A DNA stretch of 63,875 nucleotides, counting the filler, from Conidiobolus incongruus B7586 (taxonomy: Eukaryota): assembly GCA_000697335.1 (NCBI GenBank). It is 6 parts of 6 records of this genome, joined end to end, with 100 filler letters (N's around TTAATTAATTAA, not from the genome) between each part and the next. Parts side by side here need not be neighbours in the genome. Positions count along the whole stretch, not along the records: positions 1 to 17,936 come from JNEM01006757.1; 5 more parts are not named here. One strand, written 5' to 3'. Below the pieces are notes generated by a model that was not told the origin of the DNA, searched no databases, and saw only the letters and a list, made by a program, of their open reading frames with translations. Both the position numbers and the translations under genes were made by a program. This document shows, one piece after another, positions 1-11,193 of the stretch (within the stretch, counting starts at the first letter, position 1; every line of letters starts with the position of its first letter).

Positions 1-486
1 AATTTGACAAGCATCCAAAAGTGCTCTTCTTTGTCTGTCATTATAGTATCCAGGAACAGAGACAACAACGTCAGAAACAGGGCCTTTGATTTCAGCAGCA
101 GTAGTATCTCTGAGTTTGGCCAAGTACATGGCAGTCAATTGAGTAGCAGAGAATTTGGTTGGAGTACCCAAGTAGTTGACTTCAACACCAACTTCACCAT
201 CAACATCAACCAATTTAGCATTAACAAACTTACTTTCAATTTCTTGGATATCTTCATCTTCGAGCTTCTTACCGATTAATCTCTTGATAGATCCAACAGT
301 GTTTTTGAAGTTGCTAGTTTCTTGAGTCTTGGCACCTTCGGCAATGTAACGTTGGCGAGGACCGAAAGAAACCAAAGAGGGGTTAGCTCTGTTAGAAACT
401 TCGTTGGCAATAACATCGATACCACGATTACGGGCAACGGCAATATAGGAAGCCAAATTACCCAAATCAAAACCTACTACTGACAT
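1..486 (-). CDS. SSE1: HSP110/Sse1-type Hsp70-family chaperone, 5' part (runs off window)
   Basis: Manual translation from ATG at 486: MSVVGFDLGNLASYIAVARNRGIDVIANEVSNRANPSLVSFGPRQRYIAEGAKTQETSNFKNTVGSIKRLIG. This is the characteristic HSP110 N-terminus. It is absent from the ORF track because no stop lies in the window. Confidence 0.93.
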   Translation of the reverse strand, partial: MSVVGFDLGNLASYIAVARNRGIDVIANEVSNRANPSLVSFGPRQRYIAEGAKTQETSNFKNTVGSIKRLIGKKLEDEDIQEIESKFVNAKLVDVDGEVGVEVNYLGTPTKFSATQLTAMYLAKLRDTTAAEIKGPVSDVVVSVPGYYNDRQRRALLDACQI

Positions 487-613
487 GATGATTCACTATG
501 TATATATGTATATCTGATTATTAAATATTTAGATAAAATACAAAACAGTAAAGAATACTGATCAAACGGTTAGGATAGTGATTTTATTACATTCTATGTC
601 GACTTAAGTCGTG

Positions 614-621
614 TTTATATA
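614..621 (-). promoter_or_regulatory. TATA box of HSP110 gene
   Basis: TATATAAA on the minus strand, ~130 nt upstream of the ATG. Confidence 0.5.
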
Positions 622-760
622 GTTGATCTAAATTTGAGTTGGGTTTAGAAGGTTCTAGCAATTCGAGCGCGCTGTTGATGAGAATTTTTGTCAAAAGAAA
701 TAGTGGACGAATAAATTTGAGTGAAATTTTAAATTCAATTTGGGATAACTTAATTTCTCA

Positions 761-773
761 TTCTAGAATATTC
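761..773. promoter_or_regulatory. Heat-shock element (HSE)
   Basis: Perfect TTCnnGAAnnTTC (TTCtaGAAtaTTC) upstream of HSP110; a second partial HSE GAAggTTC lies at 648-655. Confidence 0.7.
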
Positions 774-2286
774 ATCCAGATTATAGTCATCAATAATTAA
801 AAGAATTACTTAATAACAATTTAGCATTTTTATTTCAAAAACTTGAAACATTAGCTTAATATTTTTAATAGTAATCTTTCATTATAATGAAAAACCAATA
901 TAATTCATTTATCGGCTACCTATTATAAGTAAAAATATTAATAAAAATGTATATCAGTACAAATGGGATTTTAATTGATATCTGTAGAACAAAAATGTTA
1001 TTTTAAGTCTATTTAACTTGATCTGAAATGGATATAAAGTTGTTTTTTGTTCTATTTTACTTAAATGATATCACTTATAAGAATTCTTAAATTATCAGTA
1101 AATAATATTATCCAATTTTATTCAATCGAGCAACGAGTATTATGATATTATCAAATATATAAATCATACAACTGTATAGTCTGTTAGTTCTAATGTAACT
1201 ATCAAATATTATTTAATCTTTGTCATAATTATCTAATTATCTAATTATCTTTTATATATATTCGACTATGAAGTCTTTAAATATTATTATTATTATTATT
1301 GTATCAAATATTCAACAAAATAGAATTAATTTATATATCCACATGGTAAATGTGACAGATTTTTTTCAAAGATTTAAAATAATAAAAAAATGAACTCAGT
1401 TTGAAGTCAAATATAAATAGTTATTTTTCAAAATTTCAGATTTAGCTTGAGTATTAAAATTATTTGATATTCAATGATAATCTATTATAATTACAAATGA
1501 ATGTCATATCAAAAAAAATTTTGTTAAATATATTCAAATCAAAGGCTTAGAAACTATTACGAAATTTAAATCCATTTAATTTACAAAAATATTTAGAATT
1601 AATAAATTGGTTTCTATTTGAATATCAATTTAATAATTTATTTTTGAATGTTTTAAGCTATTAATATTTTGGAAATACAATATATATATATGATTTTTAT
1701 ACAGAAATTCTATATATTATTTTTAGAACTTCAACCCTTTACAATTATTAAAGAAAATTAAAGCATCACACTTTATTCTAGTTTGAAACATATGAAATTT
1801 ATAATTATTATATTGTTCGGAATTCTGGTTAATAGCATTTGTTTCTTCTTTTGATTATCATATCTTTATAACTGAAAATATTAGTTATCATCTTTTGATT
1901 CCAACAACAGGTCATCCTAATTATTTTACTAACAATCAATATTTTGAAATTTCTTAATTGAAAAATGAGAATATTAAAAAAGAAAATCTATACTAGATTA
2001 ACATCAATACACTCTCCAAAAAATGAATGATACTAAATAAAGTAAAATTTATCAGAGATATGATTTCACCTTGTATCAAATTAATCTACCATCACGCCAT
2101 CACTATATTTAAACATTAAAAAATTATTAATTAAAATGATTTAAATTCATAACAAAACTATATTTTTACACTAAAATATGGGTTAGATATTATAATTAAA
2201 ATAAATCTGTGATTAATTAAATTTTTGGATAGATTTTCATGTGAACGTGAGTTTCTATTGTTGTACACTTGGGGAAGGAAGAGAAG

Positions 2287-3273
2287 TTAATGAAAGCTGT
2301 GAGGTATGAAGAGAGATTTGAATTGTTCCATGAAAATAAAGGTCAATACGGTATGGGGACCCATGCGGAAATAGAGTGCGGTGTATCCCTTGAAAATTCC
2401 TCGAAAACCTTCCGTTTTTAGAATACTTGAGAAGCAATGTATCATATTGCGGTACAGCTTACCCTTACCAGTTTTAGGATCAATAGGTTGGTTGAACATT
2501 CTGGTAGTCATAACATCGAAGGGATTCATTGCAGTACATACGAGAAGACCACTACATAAACTAGCGAGTGTATGGAGACAGAGACCATCTTCAAGATAGC
2601 CTCTGGCGAGGATACCCTTTTTGACATAATCATAAGAAGTTAATTGGACGGAAGTACCTACACCAGTTCTCACTACTGCAGGCATACTTCTCCTGAGCCA
2701 ACCGCCAAGACCATTCTCCTGATAAATACTCCTAAGAGCGCTGAGAACACCATTGTAGTGATGCTGAGTACCGATAGGAAGATGTGGAGAATAAGCTTGG
2801 AGACGAGTCTTGGCCATAAAGAAGGGCGATCCGAGGAAAGCAGCAAGCATTCCGGAAACTGCACCAGCACCGATGCTGGTAGCGAAAACTCCCGAGGTGG
2901 AAGTCACTCCGAGTTGATGGATCATGGAATCTTTGAAAATATCATAGCAACCGAAGCGGGTACCATTCATGATAAGTTGGTAGCCATAGGCAGCTTTGAG
3001 ACCTCTTTGAAGGCCTCTTAAGCCCTCATGCTGGTAAACCAATCGGAGCGCTTGAGGAAGATTTTGATAGGGCTTGTTAAATAACTGGTTCCTTTTTACT
3101 AGCTCGCCTTGGAGCTGTAACCTTGTTTTGATCACTTCAAAGGGATTGGAAAAAGTGACCGCGCAGCATGCGCCCAGAGCACCCGAAGCAAAGCTAGCGG
3201 ACCTGAGGTAAAGGTTTGGATCAGGGGTGATCATAGGAGTTATTGATATGGATGGGCGATGTTTGGTAGACAT
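2287..3273 (-). CDS. OAC1: Mitochondrial carrier, oxaloacetate/sulfate/isopropylmalate carrier type (OAC1, SLC25A34/35)
   Basis: 328 aa intronless ORF with three carrier repeats (PFEVIKTRLQLQGEL, PFFMAKTRLQ, PFDVMTTRM) and OAC1-type motifs GL..AY.YQ..MNG.R.G.Y and RMGPHT.L. Confidence 0.88.
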   Translation of the reverse strand: MSTKHRPSISITPMITPDPNLYLRSASFASGALGACCAVTFSNPFEVIKTRLQLQGELVKRNQLFNKPYQNLPQALRLVYQHEGLRGLQRGLKAAYGYQLIMNGTRFGCYDIFKDSMIHQLGVTSTSGVFATSIGAGAVSGMLAAFLGSPFFMAKTRLQAYSPHLPIGTQHHYNGVLSALRSIYQENGLGGWLRRSMPAVVRTGVGTSVQLTSYDYVKKGILARGYLEDGLCLHTLASLCSGLLVCTAMNPFDVMTTRMFNQPIDPKTGKGKLYRNMIHCFSSILKTEGFRGIFKGYTALYFRMGPHTVLTFIFMEQFKSLFIPHSFH

Positions 3274-3523
3274 GAGTTAAATATATGGGGAAAGAATGAG
3301 ATTAATAAATAAAAAATAATACAATTTATCGAGCGTTATGAACAATCGAAAAACTATACGGCAAAAAGGGTCTTATTTTTCGATTAACAACGCATATTAT
3401 TTCTCTTCACTCTCAAAGCTGTTACAAATTCTAAAAGAGCAAACTGCGGTCAATGCACTTCATTTAAATATCGGGTGCTCGAGTTTAGTCATGTTGACAA
3501 TTCTTGATCCATTCACTCACCAT

Positions 3524-3537
3524 TTCCGAATTCGGAA
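3524..3537. promoter_or_regulatory. Palindromic CCG-N4-CGG zinc-cluster (Leu3-type) site upstream of OAC1
   Basis: Perfect 14-bp palindrome TTCCGAATTCGGAA, ~250 nt upstream of the OAC1 ATG. Confidence 0.5.
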
Positions 3538-5063
3538 GGGTTTGCCACCAATCACAAACCAGGTTAGATTCCTTTCAACTAAATCGAATCTACCACTCGC
3601 AAAAATGATTGAATAATCAAAACTATCAGCCAATCGCAGCAAATAGTGGAACTTCAATTTTCACATGAACTTAATTATCCCATTATTCTAAATTTATTGC
3701 GAATTGGAATTAAGGAAAAAAGAACTGAAATCAATTTGATTGGTGGATAAGTATTATACCTAAATCGTGATTCAACGAAACTTTCCCCAACGCTTCTCAA
3801 ATGATTACCCCAACACTTTAATCTTACATGAGAACGACTTTCAAAGCTTTTGAATTGCATCAAAAACATATTTAAATTAAAGGAGTACACCATGTAAGAA
3901 GGTAATTAACTTAAATTTGGGCGTAAATCTTGGTTTTATTCTCCGCACAAAATTATCCTAATGAAATCATCTTACCATCACATTCAAATTTATGAATGAT
4001 TTCAACCTTTCATCATTTCAATTCCAATTCTAACAAATTAATTTAACTTATTCCGATCTATTCCGATTCCCTTGATAATAATTTTTTGAATTGTTACGCC
4101 TGAATAACAAATAATTGTATTAAACCAATTTTAGTAATATTAATAAAAAGAAGAGATGTTGATAAAATGCGATACAAATACTATCAATGACTATAACAAT
4201 TTTTTGAAAAATATGAATAGTGACAAATTGGCCAATATTCAAAATCATGAATAGATAAACATTGATTAAATTGAAATCCGTTCCGAAATCAATTCTTAAC
4301 TCATGCCATAAGCTGATAAATAAATAATTATTTATCATGTACCATATAAATATTTCTATTAAATTATTTCAATCTATTAAATATTTTATTAAATTTTAAG
4401 AATGTAAGCTATAATAGTAATATATATTTTTATCAAGAAAATATTTTTTATGTAAAATATAAAACAATGTAATATAAAAAATAATTCTATTTTTAATTTT
4501 TTAAAGCATGTAATGAGCCTAAACTTTATTTTTAAATTTATAATCAATTTTAACTAGTAATAAAATGATTTTCTATCATAAATTACACATAGTTGAATCG
4601 TTTTGAATATAAATGTGATTATCTATTATTAGGGTAATATTTTTATAAATAATTATAAATCAATATAGTATAATAAATTTGATAAAAATAAATCGAAGCA
4701 AAAAGTTAACAAAGTTAAATAAAATTGAAAAAATTTTGGAGGGTTTAAAATTAATTAGTTGTAAATATACTTTTGATACAAGAATATAATTAAAGAGTAG
4801 TAAAGCTAAAATTTTGATATATTTAATGATTAAAATTCTATTTTAATGATAAAAAGTGTAGAGTTTTTATTCTGAAGAAAAAGATTTAATTCCATAACAA
4901 ATTGAAGGTGTATTTCAAGATATTCTGATTAATATATTGTTTGAATATAGGTAAAGTTAGATAATTTTCAAGAAAAATTGACTTTTCATTTTGATAATGA
5001 TTTCGGTCAATTTGACCAAAAAACTTTGGAAAATAAATCACAAAGGTTTTGAAAATAATAAAA

Positions 5064-5350
5064 AAATGTGATCTCAATGGTTTCTCCCAACTGTCAAGGC
5101 CCACTAGTGACCATATACAGAAAGATATAGAATATTGAGGTGCATTTTAAAGTCTCAATACCGAGGACCAGATTAATCTCGCCAACCGAATTCAGCCCAA
5201 AGGCGAACTCAAGGTCGGAAATGAGAGAAATCCTTAACGGAACCGATAGAAACTTTGCAATGCTCATTCTCAGATAGGGGTGAATGGACTATAAGCTATG
5301 CCTCGCAAATAACGAAGCTAATCCCGTAGATTTAGCTTTCCAATCTTAGA
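5064..5350 (-). ncRNA. Candidate snR30/U17 box H/ACA snoRNA (5' end approximate)
   Basis: Minus strand carries H box AGAUUA (5179-5174), m1-like AUAUUCUA (5135-5128), m2 AAACCAU (5083-5077), a CUCA/UGAG basal stem, and an ACA box (5069-5067) followed by a U-tract. The region is a GC-richer, hairpin-forming island in AT-rich DNA. Confidence 0.72.
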
Positions 5351-5523
5351 CCCTTAGTTTGCATATCATTAACAAAAAACTTAGCAATTCATTGAATTTA
5401 AAAATACTTTGATGATCTATTATAGTATTATGGGATTCACTGAAATATTGAATGGATGACATCTATTAAAAAGTTTTAGATAATTGATGAGAAATTTCAT
5501 TGTATCTCTTAAACTCAACAAAA

Positions 5524-7015
5524 ATGGGACAAAAATCCATTACAATAATATTATTAGACTGTGGTCCCCGCAATACTTTTTCAAATGGCGAAGATCTATG
5601 GTATATTAAATTAGCTAAACAGATAATCTATAAAAAAGTAATGATAATTTTGAATATTTATTCCTATATTTATTAATAAATGTATATTTAAAATAGTTAA
5701 TATATAAGTTGAAAACAGATTTGATAGGTATTGTGGAGTTAGGTAAAAAGAAGCCTCAAAAAGTAACTTTAAAAGACGTCGTAAGAGTTCTCAAACCTCT
5801 CAACCCTATCGAGAACAAAGATTTAGATTTAGTTAAAAATATCCAACCTACTGAATATGACGCTAATGGTATTTTTCATTATAACTTATTCTAATCTCTA
5901 ATTTAATATGTATATTTTATATAGTTTATGAAGGAATAATAGTATCGTGTAATTTATTGACAGAGAACTATAAATATAAAAATTACGATAAGAATATCAT
6001 ATTAATAAGTCGAGAGCCTTACATTACTGAGAACAAGGACCTCCAAGAGAAGTTAGTAAGATGTTTTAATTTATTAAACATCCAATTGAGTTGGTGGGGA
6101 GCTTCCAACCAAGAAGACAGCCAATTTTTAAAATTTTTTAAAGAGATAAGGCTCCAAAGTTGTGTGGAGTGGGATTTGGTCAGTGATCTCTATCATATTT
6201 GGAACACTCAGTTGGATGAAACTAGATCTGTGTCTTCCGTGATCAAATTGGGATTATACTTGGGCAATTTTAGAGATATTTACAAGAGTTTTAGTTTTCC
6301 TCTTGTAGGTTACAAGTATTATGTACTGGATGAGAAGGATAAGATCATTGCGATAGCTAACAAACAAATTAAGCGTACCAACGGCGAAGATAAGAGCTAC
6401 TATCTTGCTAATTCCAGAATATCGCAGGCGTTTTATCTTAAGCGTCTCGATCCAACTCCCAACTCGTGTCTGATCCATGGCTTTATACCCTTTAGCAATC
6501 TATCAGTACTTCATTTTCATTCTCCACCCATCCACTTCTACATCCAATCGTCAGCACCCAAAAGCCTTATTGAACTGTTTACAGAATTCATTCAAGCATT
6601 GATCGATTCCAACCATGCAATTCTAGTACGTTTAAATCACGAGCAAACCAATTTATTGTCTATGGCGATTTTAATACCCAAATTCAATGAATATAAAATC
6701 CCAAGTTTCATTTGTCGATTGCTTCCATTCAACAGGGAACACATTCGACCCTATCTGATAGGTCCTACAACCTGCCAAAATCATCTCAATAGCGAATCCC
6801 TCATCGACAAGTTTATGGATCAGCTCACAATTATCGACGATAGTGAACTTGATTTGAGTCGAATTGTCCAGCCACCATCAAGTCGTTTGGAACCATTAGT
6901 TACTACTGACCAATTGATGGAATACTTGCCATCAACTGTTAAGAACAATTTAATCAAATGGAACTCCAATCAATTTAATTTGAAGCAGATCTTTGATAAA
7001 TATACTTCAAATTAA
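5524..7015 (+). CDS. KU80: Ku80-like protein (vWA + Ku core), 3 exons, ~458 aa
   Basis: Exons 5524-5637, 5697-5868 and 5925-7015 join in frame with GT-AG introns. Motifs IILLDCG, KTDLIGIV.LG, YEGIIVS..LL, LIHGF, AILVR, LPF..EHIRPY and IDKFMDQL follow Ku80 motif order. Confidence 0.7.
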
Positions 7016-7281
7016 TACTAAGCTGTGAATAAATATCTTTACATTGTCTATCTATTAAAAGTTTATCTTGAAAATTTGAATAAAGATTTGGTTCGATTTA
7101 GAATATAATAGAATTTATTATGAAGTGAATTATTATAGATTTAATTATTCAGATTACTAGTGCGCAAGTAATATAATAGAACACGGTCCTAATTATCTAG
7201 AAAAAGTATATCTTGAGCAATATTGAGTATAAAAGCGAATTGAAAATGAATCAACTTGAGATATTACATACTTTCATTATT

Positions 7282-9305
7282 CTACTGATCTAGTTCATCA
7301 TTCTTAGTCATATTTTCTGCATTGAAAACATTATCAACATTTGATGTAACTTCTTCAGATTTATGTTGTAGTTCATTTAAAGTTTGATCAAGCTTGGGAC
7401 TAGCTTCTTCCACTTTGAGTGGTTCTGATTTTTGGTTGTCTTTAGATTGATTCTCAACTGGCTGTTGTGGTGCTTCTGTATCTTTTGAAGCAGTATAGGA
7501 AATCATTTGATCTTGAATTTGGTCTTGTTGTTTGCTAATCTCTAAGTTATCATTAATAGCTGAAGCTTGAATCTCATCTTGGGGATTCGGGTTTGGTTGA
7601 GTATCATTCTCTTTAATATCTTGAGACTCAGGTTCCGGTGTTGATGAAGATGATTTATAATCGGTAACAAGTCCAATTGCTTGTTGAATATGCTCGTCAT
7701 TATTATTTAATGGCTCAGAAAGTTTAGTAGGAAGAGAAGTCGCTGATTCTTCTGGTTGGGATTTAGGTTCTGAATCATTTTCAGTCTCTTTGGTGAGGTT
7801 CTCTATAGGAATAGTAAGATTTTCTGATTTTTGTTCAAAAACAATATCTTCAGGTTCTTGGATAGATTCAGTATTTTGAGTAGATTCCTTTTGAGGGGAG
7901 TTGGGTTTGGTAGAATCTTTGGCAGATTGGTTAATAGGTTCTTCAAATGGAGCTACCGCAGAATAGTCAATAGGCTCAGGTTGAGGGAACGATCCAGAAT
8001 CGTTGAGCAAACTTGAAGTTGCTTCAAGAGATGATTCAGCAAGTTGATTTTGGGATTCAGTGGGAATATCAAAATTCGTATCGTTTGTGCTCAGATTGGT
8101 GTCAGCAGGTTGTTGGTTCTGTGGTCCACCATTTGTTGGCAAATCAATGTGGAGTGTAGTATCAAAATCTTTGTTATTATCTGGAGGGTTAGAATCAGGT
8201 GGACTTTGATTTTGAATATCTTTGACTAAGTTGGGTTGAAGAATAGGTTCTTCGGATTTTTGGGCTGTTTCATCATTTGCAATTGTTGGCGTTATTTGCT
8301 GTTCTAAAGGCTGATCATCAATTTGGGGTTTAGATTCTGTATCTATGCCCATTTCATTTCGTTCGGTGAGGTTAGTAGTATTTTCTTTACTTATTCCTTG
8401 AGGATTTTGAGGGATGAAAGTATCAGGATTAGCTTCACTCTGAGCCTTAATATTGTCCAAGTCGTTGATTTGATTGTCTGTGACTTGTTCAGTTTGAAAA
8501 GTGATTGGATTAGGATCAATATCCATCTGGTTATCCTGAGATACTACTTCTTTGATAGTGTCATTAACTTGTTCAGACTGATTAACAGTAGGTTCTGGAT
8601 CGATATCCGTTTTAGTATCTTCAGGGATGTTTTCCTGAATACTATTATCAACTCGGTCATGTTTATCAGGAATAGACTCAAGATCAATGTCCATTTTGGA
8701 TTCTTCTTTAACTTCACCATTAATTGCATTAGATACTTGTACATTTTCAGATAACTCTTTAGGAGTCAATTCTTCCGACTTTATATCTTTTTGTTGAGCT
8801 TCAGAAGTTGGTTGAGATGCATTTTGAATAGGTAGATTGGATTCATCATTGTTTAAAGTATTATCAGATAAGGTTTGAGATAAATTAGTTGCTGAATCTT
8901 CCAAATTTTCAGTTTGGAAAGTGGTATCTGCGGCTGGAGTGGGAGATAAACTAGGTTGAGAATCGAATTCAGCTTGAACTTGAGCTAAAAATAGTTTTTG
9001 AATATCATTGGAATTACATAAACTGAAAATTATTCTTACTGTTAACCCACATAGGAATTTTGAGATGTTTAGCGTGAGGAGGATTATCTAATTTACGCTG
9101 CCTATAACAAATAATAGTAAATAAAATTATATGAAAAATTGAGAAAAAACAAATGTTTCAAAAGAATGTCTTAATATCAAATAGTATACCATTTAAACAC
9201 AGGTTCAAAGAAAGCTTGGCGTAATTGGTCCAATTCCGAGTTATTACTATTACCACCATATCGTGTAGTTCTTCCTTCGAAATTCGCTCTCGATCTAGTC
9301 GTCAT
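7282..9305 (-). CDS. BCL7/Rtt102-like N-terminal domain plus long acidic disordered tail, 3 exons, ~626 aa
   Basis: Exons 9305-9190, 9101-9040 and 8984-7282 splice in frame (GT-AG) onto the 540 aa ORF. The N-terminus is MTTRSRA...EPVFKWQRKLDNPPHAKHLKIPMWVN. Confidence 0.7.
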
Positions 9306-10797
9306 ACTGCTATTATATTATTTATAATTTATTATTGAATATATTTATTTTGTTATATATATATATATATATTACCTCGTAGAATGAATCACTATATATA
9401 TTATTAGGATAATTATATTTTTATTATGGGACTTTCTAATTATTTAATTGCATTGACAAATGATATCCAATACTGATTTATTCACAATATGTATTGTATT
9501 TTTCGTACACGTTGAAATAGAAATATATTTATTCTCGAAAAATTGCTGTTAAAAGTATTATGAAATAAAATGATATAAGTTTGCTCTATTGACTTACATA
9601 TTAGAAAATTTTTGATTATTATTCAAATTTATTTAAATAACTTTTGGATTGGATAATATACATTAGTGAATGCTTGGAGCAGAAATGAATGGTTCATAAC
9701 TTACATTTTACTATTTAAAGATATTCAATTTACAAGATAGATTATAGTTTTTTATTCGAATTATTTGTAATATATATTATTTGGACAAAGCATTTTGATT
9801 TTGATTAAATCTTTTGATTATTTTAAGAATCAAAACTTTATATCTCCCATTTATTAAATTAGATAATATTGAAATCTCTCTCTTATCTACAAATATACTA
9901 AATATTGAGTGGAACTTAATACTGAGATATGTAATAAATAGTTTGAGAAATTATTACATCAAAAAATATATTATAAATTAAGTAGTGGTTCCATTTTAAA
10001 TCTTTGTAATCCCTAAAGTAATATATTTTCCACTTGGCCATCTTTTTCAAATGATATTTCAAGTTTTAATACCATCTGAAGAAAAATTTATTGTATCATA
10101 ATTTAAACTTCAGATAATTTAAAAAATTCACTACAATCCAAAGTAATCAATTTGCTGACATTTAATCCTAATTTCCACAATTTTAATGTATTTATTTATT
10201 CAAATTATAAATTAATTATGATTTTTATATTATAACTAATTTAATGTTTATGAACTACTTTATTTGCTAATTTAAATTAAATTACTATATCTCTTATTAA
10301 AGTGTTAAGTGATTAGTTCTTAAAATTCTTATATTTAATTTTATATAATTAATTTAACTTTTATTAATTCAACTAATTAATATATTTAAAATGATATTAA
10401 TAGTATTAAAAATATTAATATAACAAATAAATATCATCTTTCTTTTTCCATTTAATCTTTGTTTTCTAGTATTTATCATTATTCCTAAGATCCAAATTAT
10501 ATATATTAATATTATATTATATTATATTGATATTATTTATTAAAGAATTTAGTATATTTATATTAACTTATTTATTAATATATCCACTTATCACATAGAT
10601 ATTATATTAAACACAGTTTTAAATTATATTGGCTTTATTTTCATTATATTAATATAAAATCATATATTTTTATGGAATTAAATATTTAATTTTAATTTTA
10701 AATAATATTATCATATTTTAAAATTAAAATATATAAATTTAGAAATATAATAGGGAAATTTAATAAAATAAAAAATTAATATTATAAATCTAAAACC

Positions 10798-11193
10798 TGT
10801 TAAAAGACTAGTTCTTTAAATCCTTATATATACTTCCATATAATTCAATTAACTATAAATTATATGATTAATTTATACATATATAGTTAAATTAATTATA
10901 TAAATAATATTGAATTATCTAATAAACTAGGTTTTTTTTCCTCTCAATTCTTACTATTCTTTACTTTTTCACTATTTCTAAGATTAAAACTACATCTTAT
11001 TAATATTATAATATATTAACACTACCTAATATAAATCTTAATATATTAATGACCTATCCTAGTTTGAAGCTTAATTAAACTTTGTTTACATTTGCACACC
11101 ACAACTATGTTATATTACTATATTCTACACCATACTACTTTTATATCAAGTTTTTCTCTATACTATATTGGTTTAACTACCACTACACTTATA
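10798..11193 (+). repeat. 5' LTR of Gypsy copy A
   Basis: Starts TGT and ends ATA (eroded ACA); aligns end to end with 17415-17813. Confidence 0.93.

Noticed and set aside
4..470. Track ORFs 4-279 (+) and 276-470 (-)
   Set aside because: They are antisense or out-of-frame overlaps of the HSP110 CDS.
2255..3021. Small ORFs overlapping OAC1
   Set aside because: They are alternative-frame or antisense shadows of a well-supported gene.
3338..5104. Short ORFs between OAC1 and the snoRNA candidate
   Set aside because: No recognisable domains; they occupy promoter or AT-rich DNA, or overlap the ncRNA 3' end.
5064..5360. Telomerase RNA interpretation of the H/ACA RNA
   Set aside because: No CTAACCCTAA-type template is seen, and the m1/m2 motifs fit snR30/U17 better.
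10200..10797. CpG-free flank of Gypsy copy A, possibly an older host element
   Set aside because: No assignable motifs or termini.
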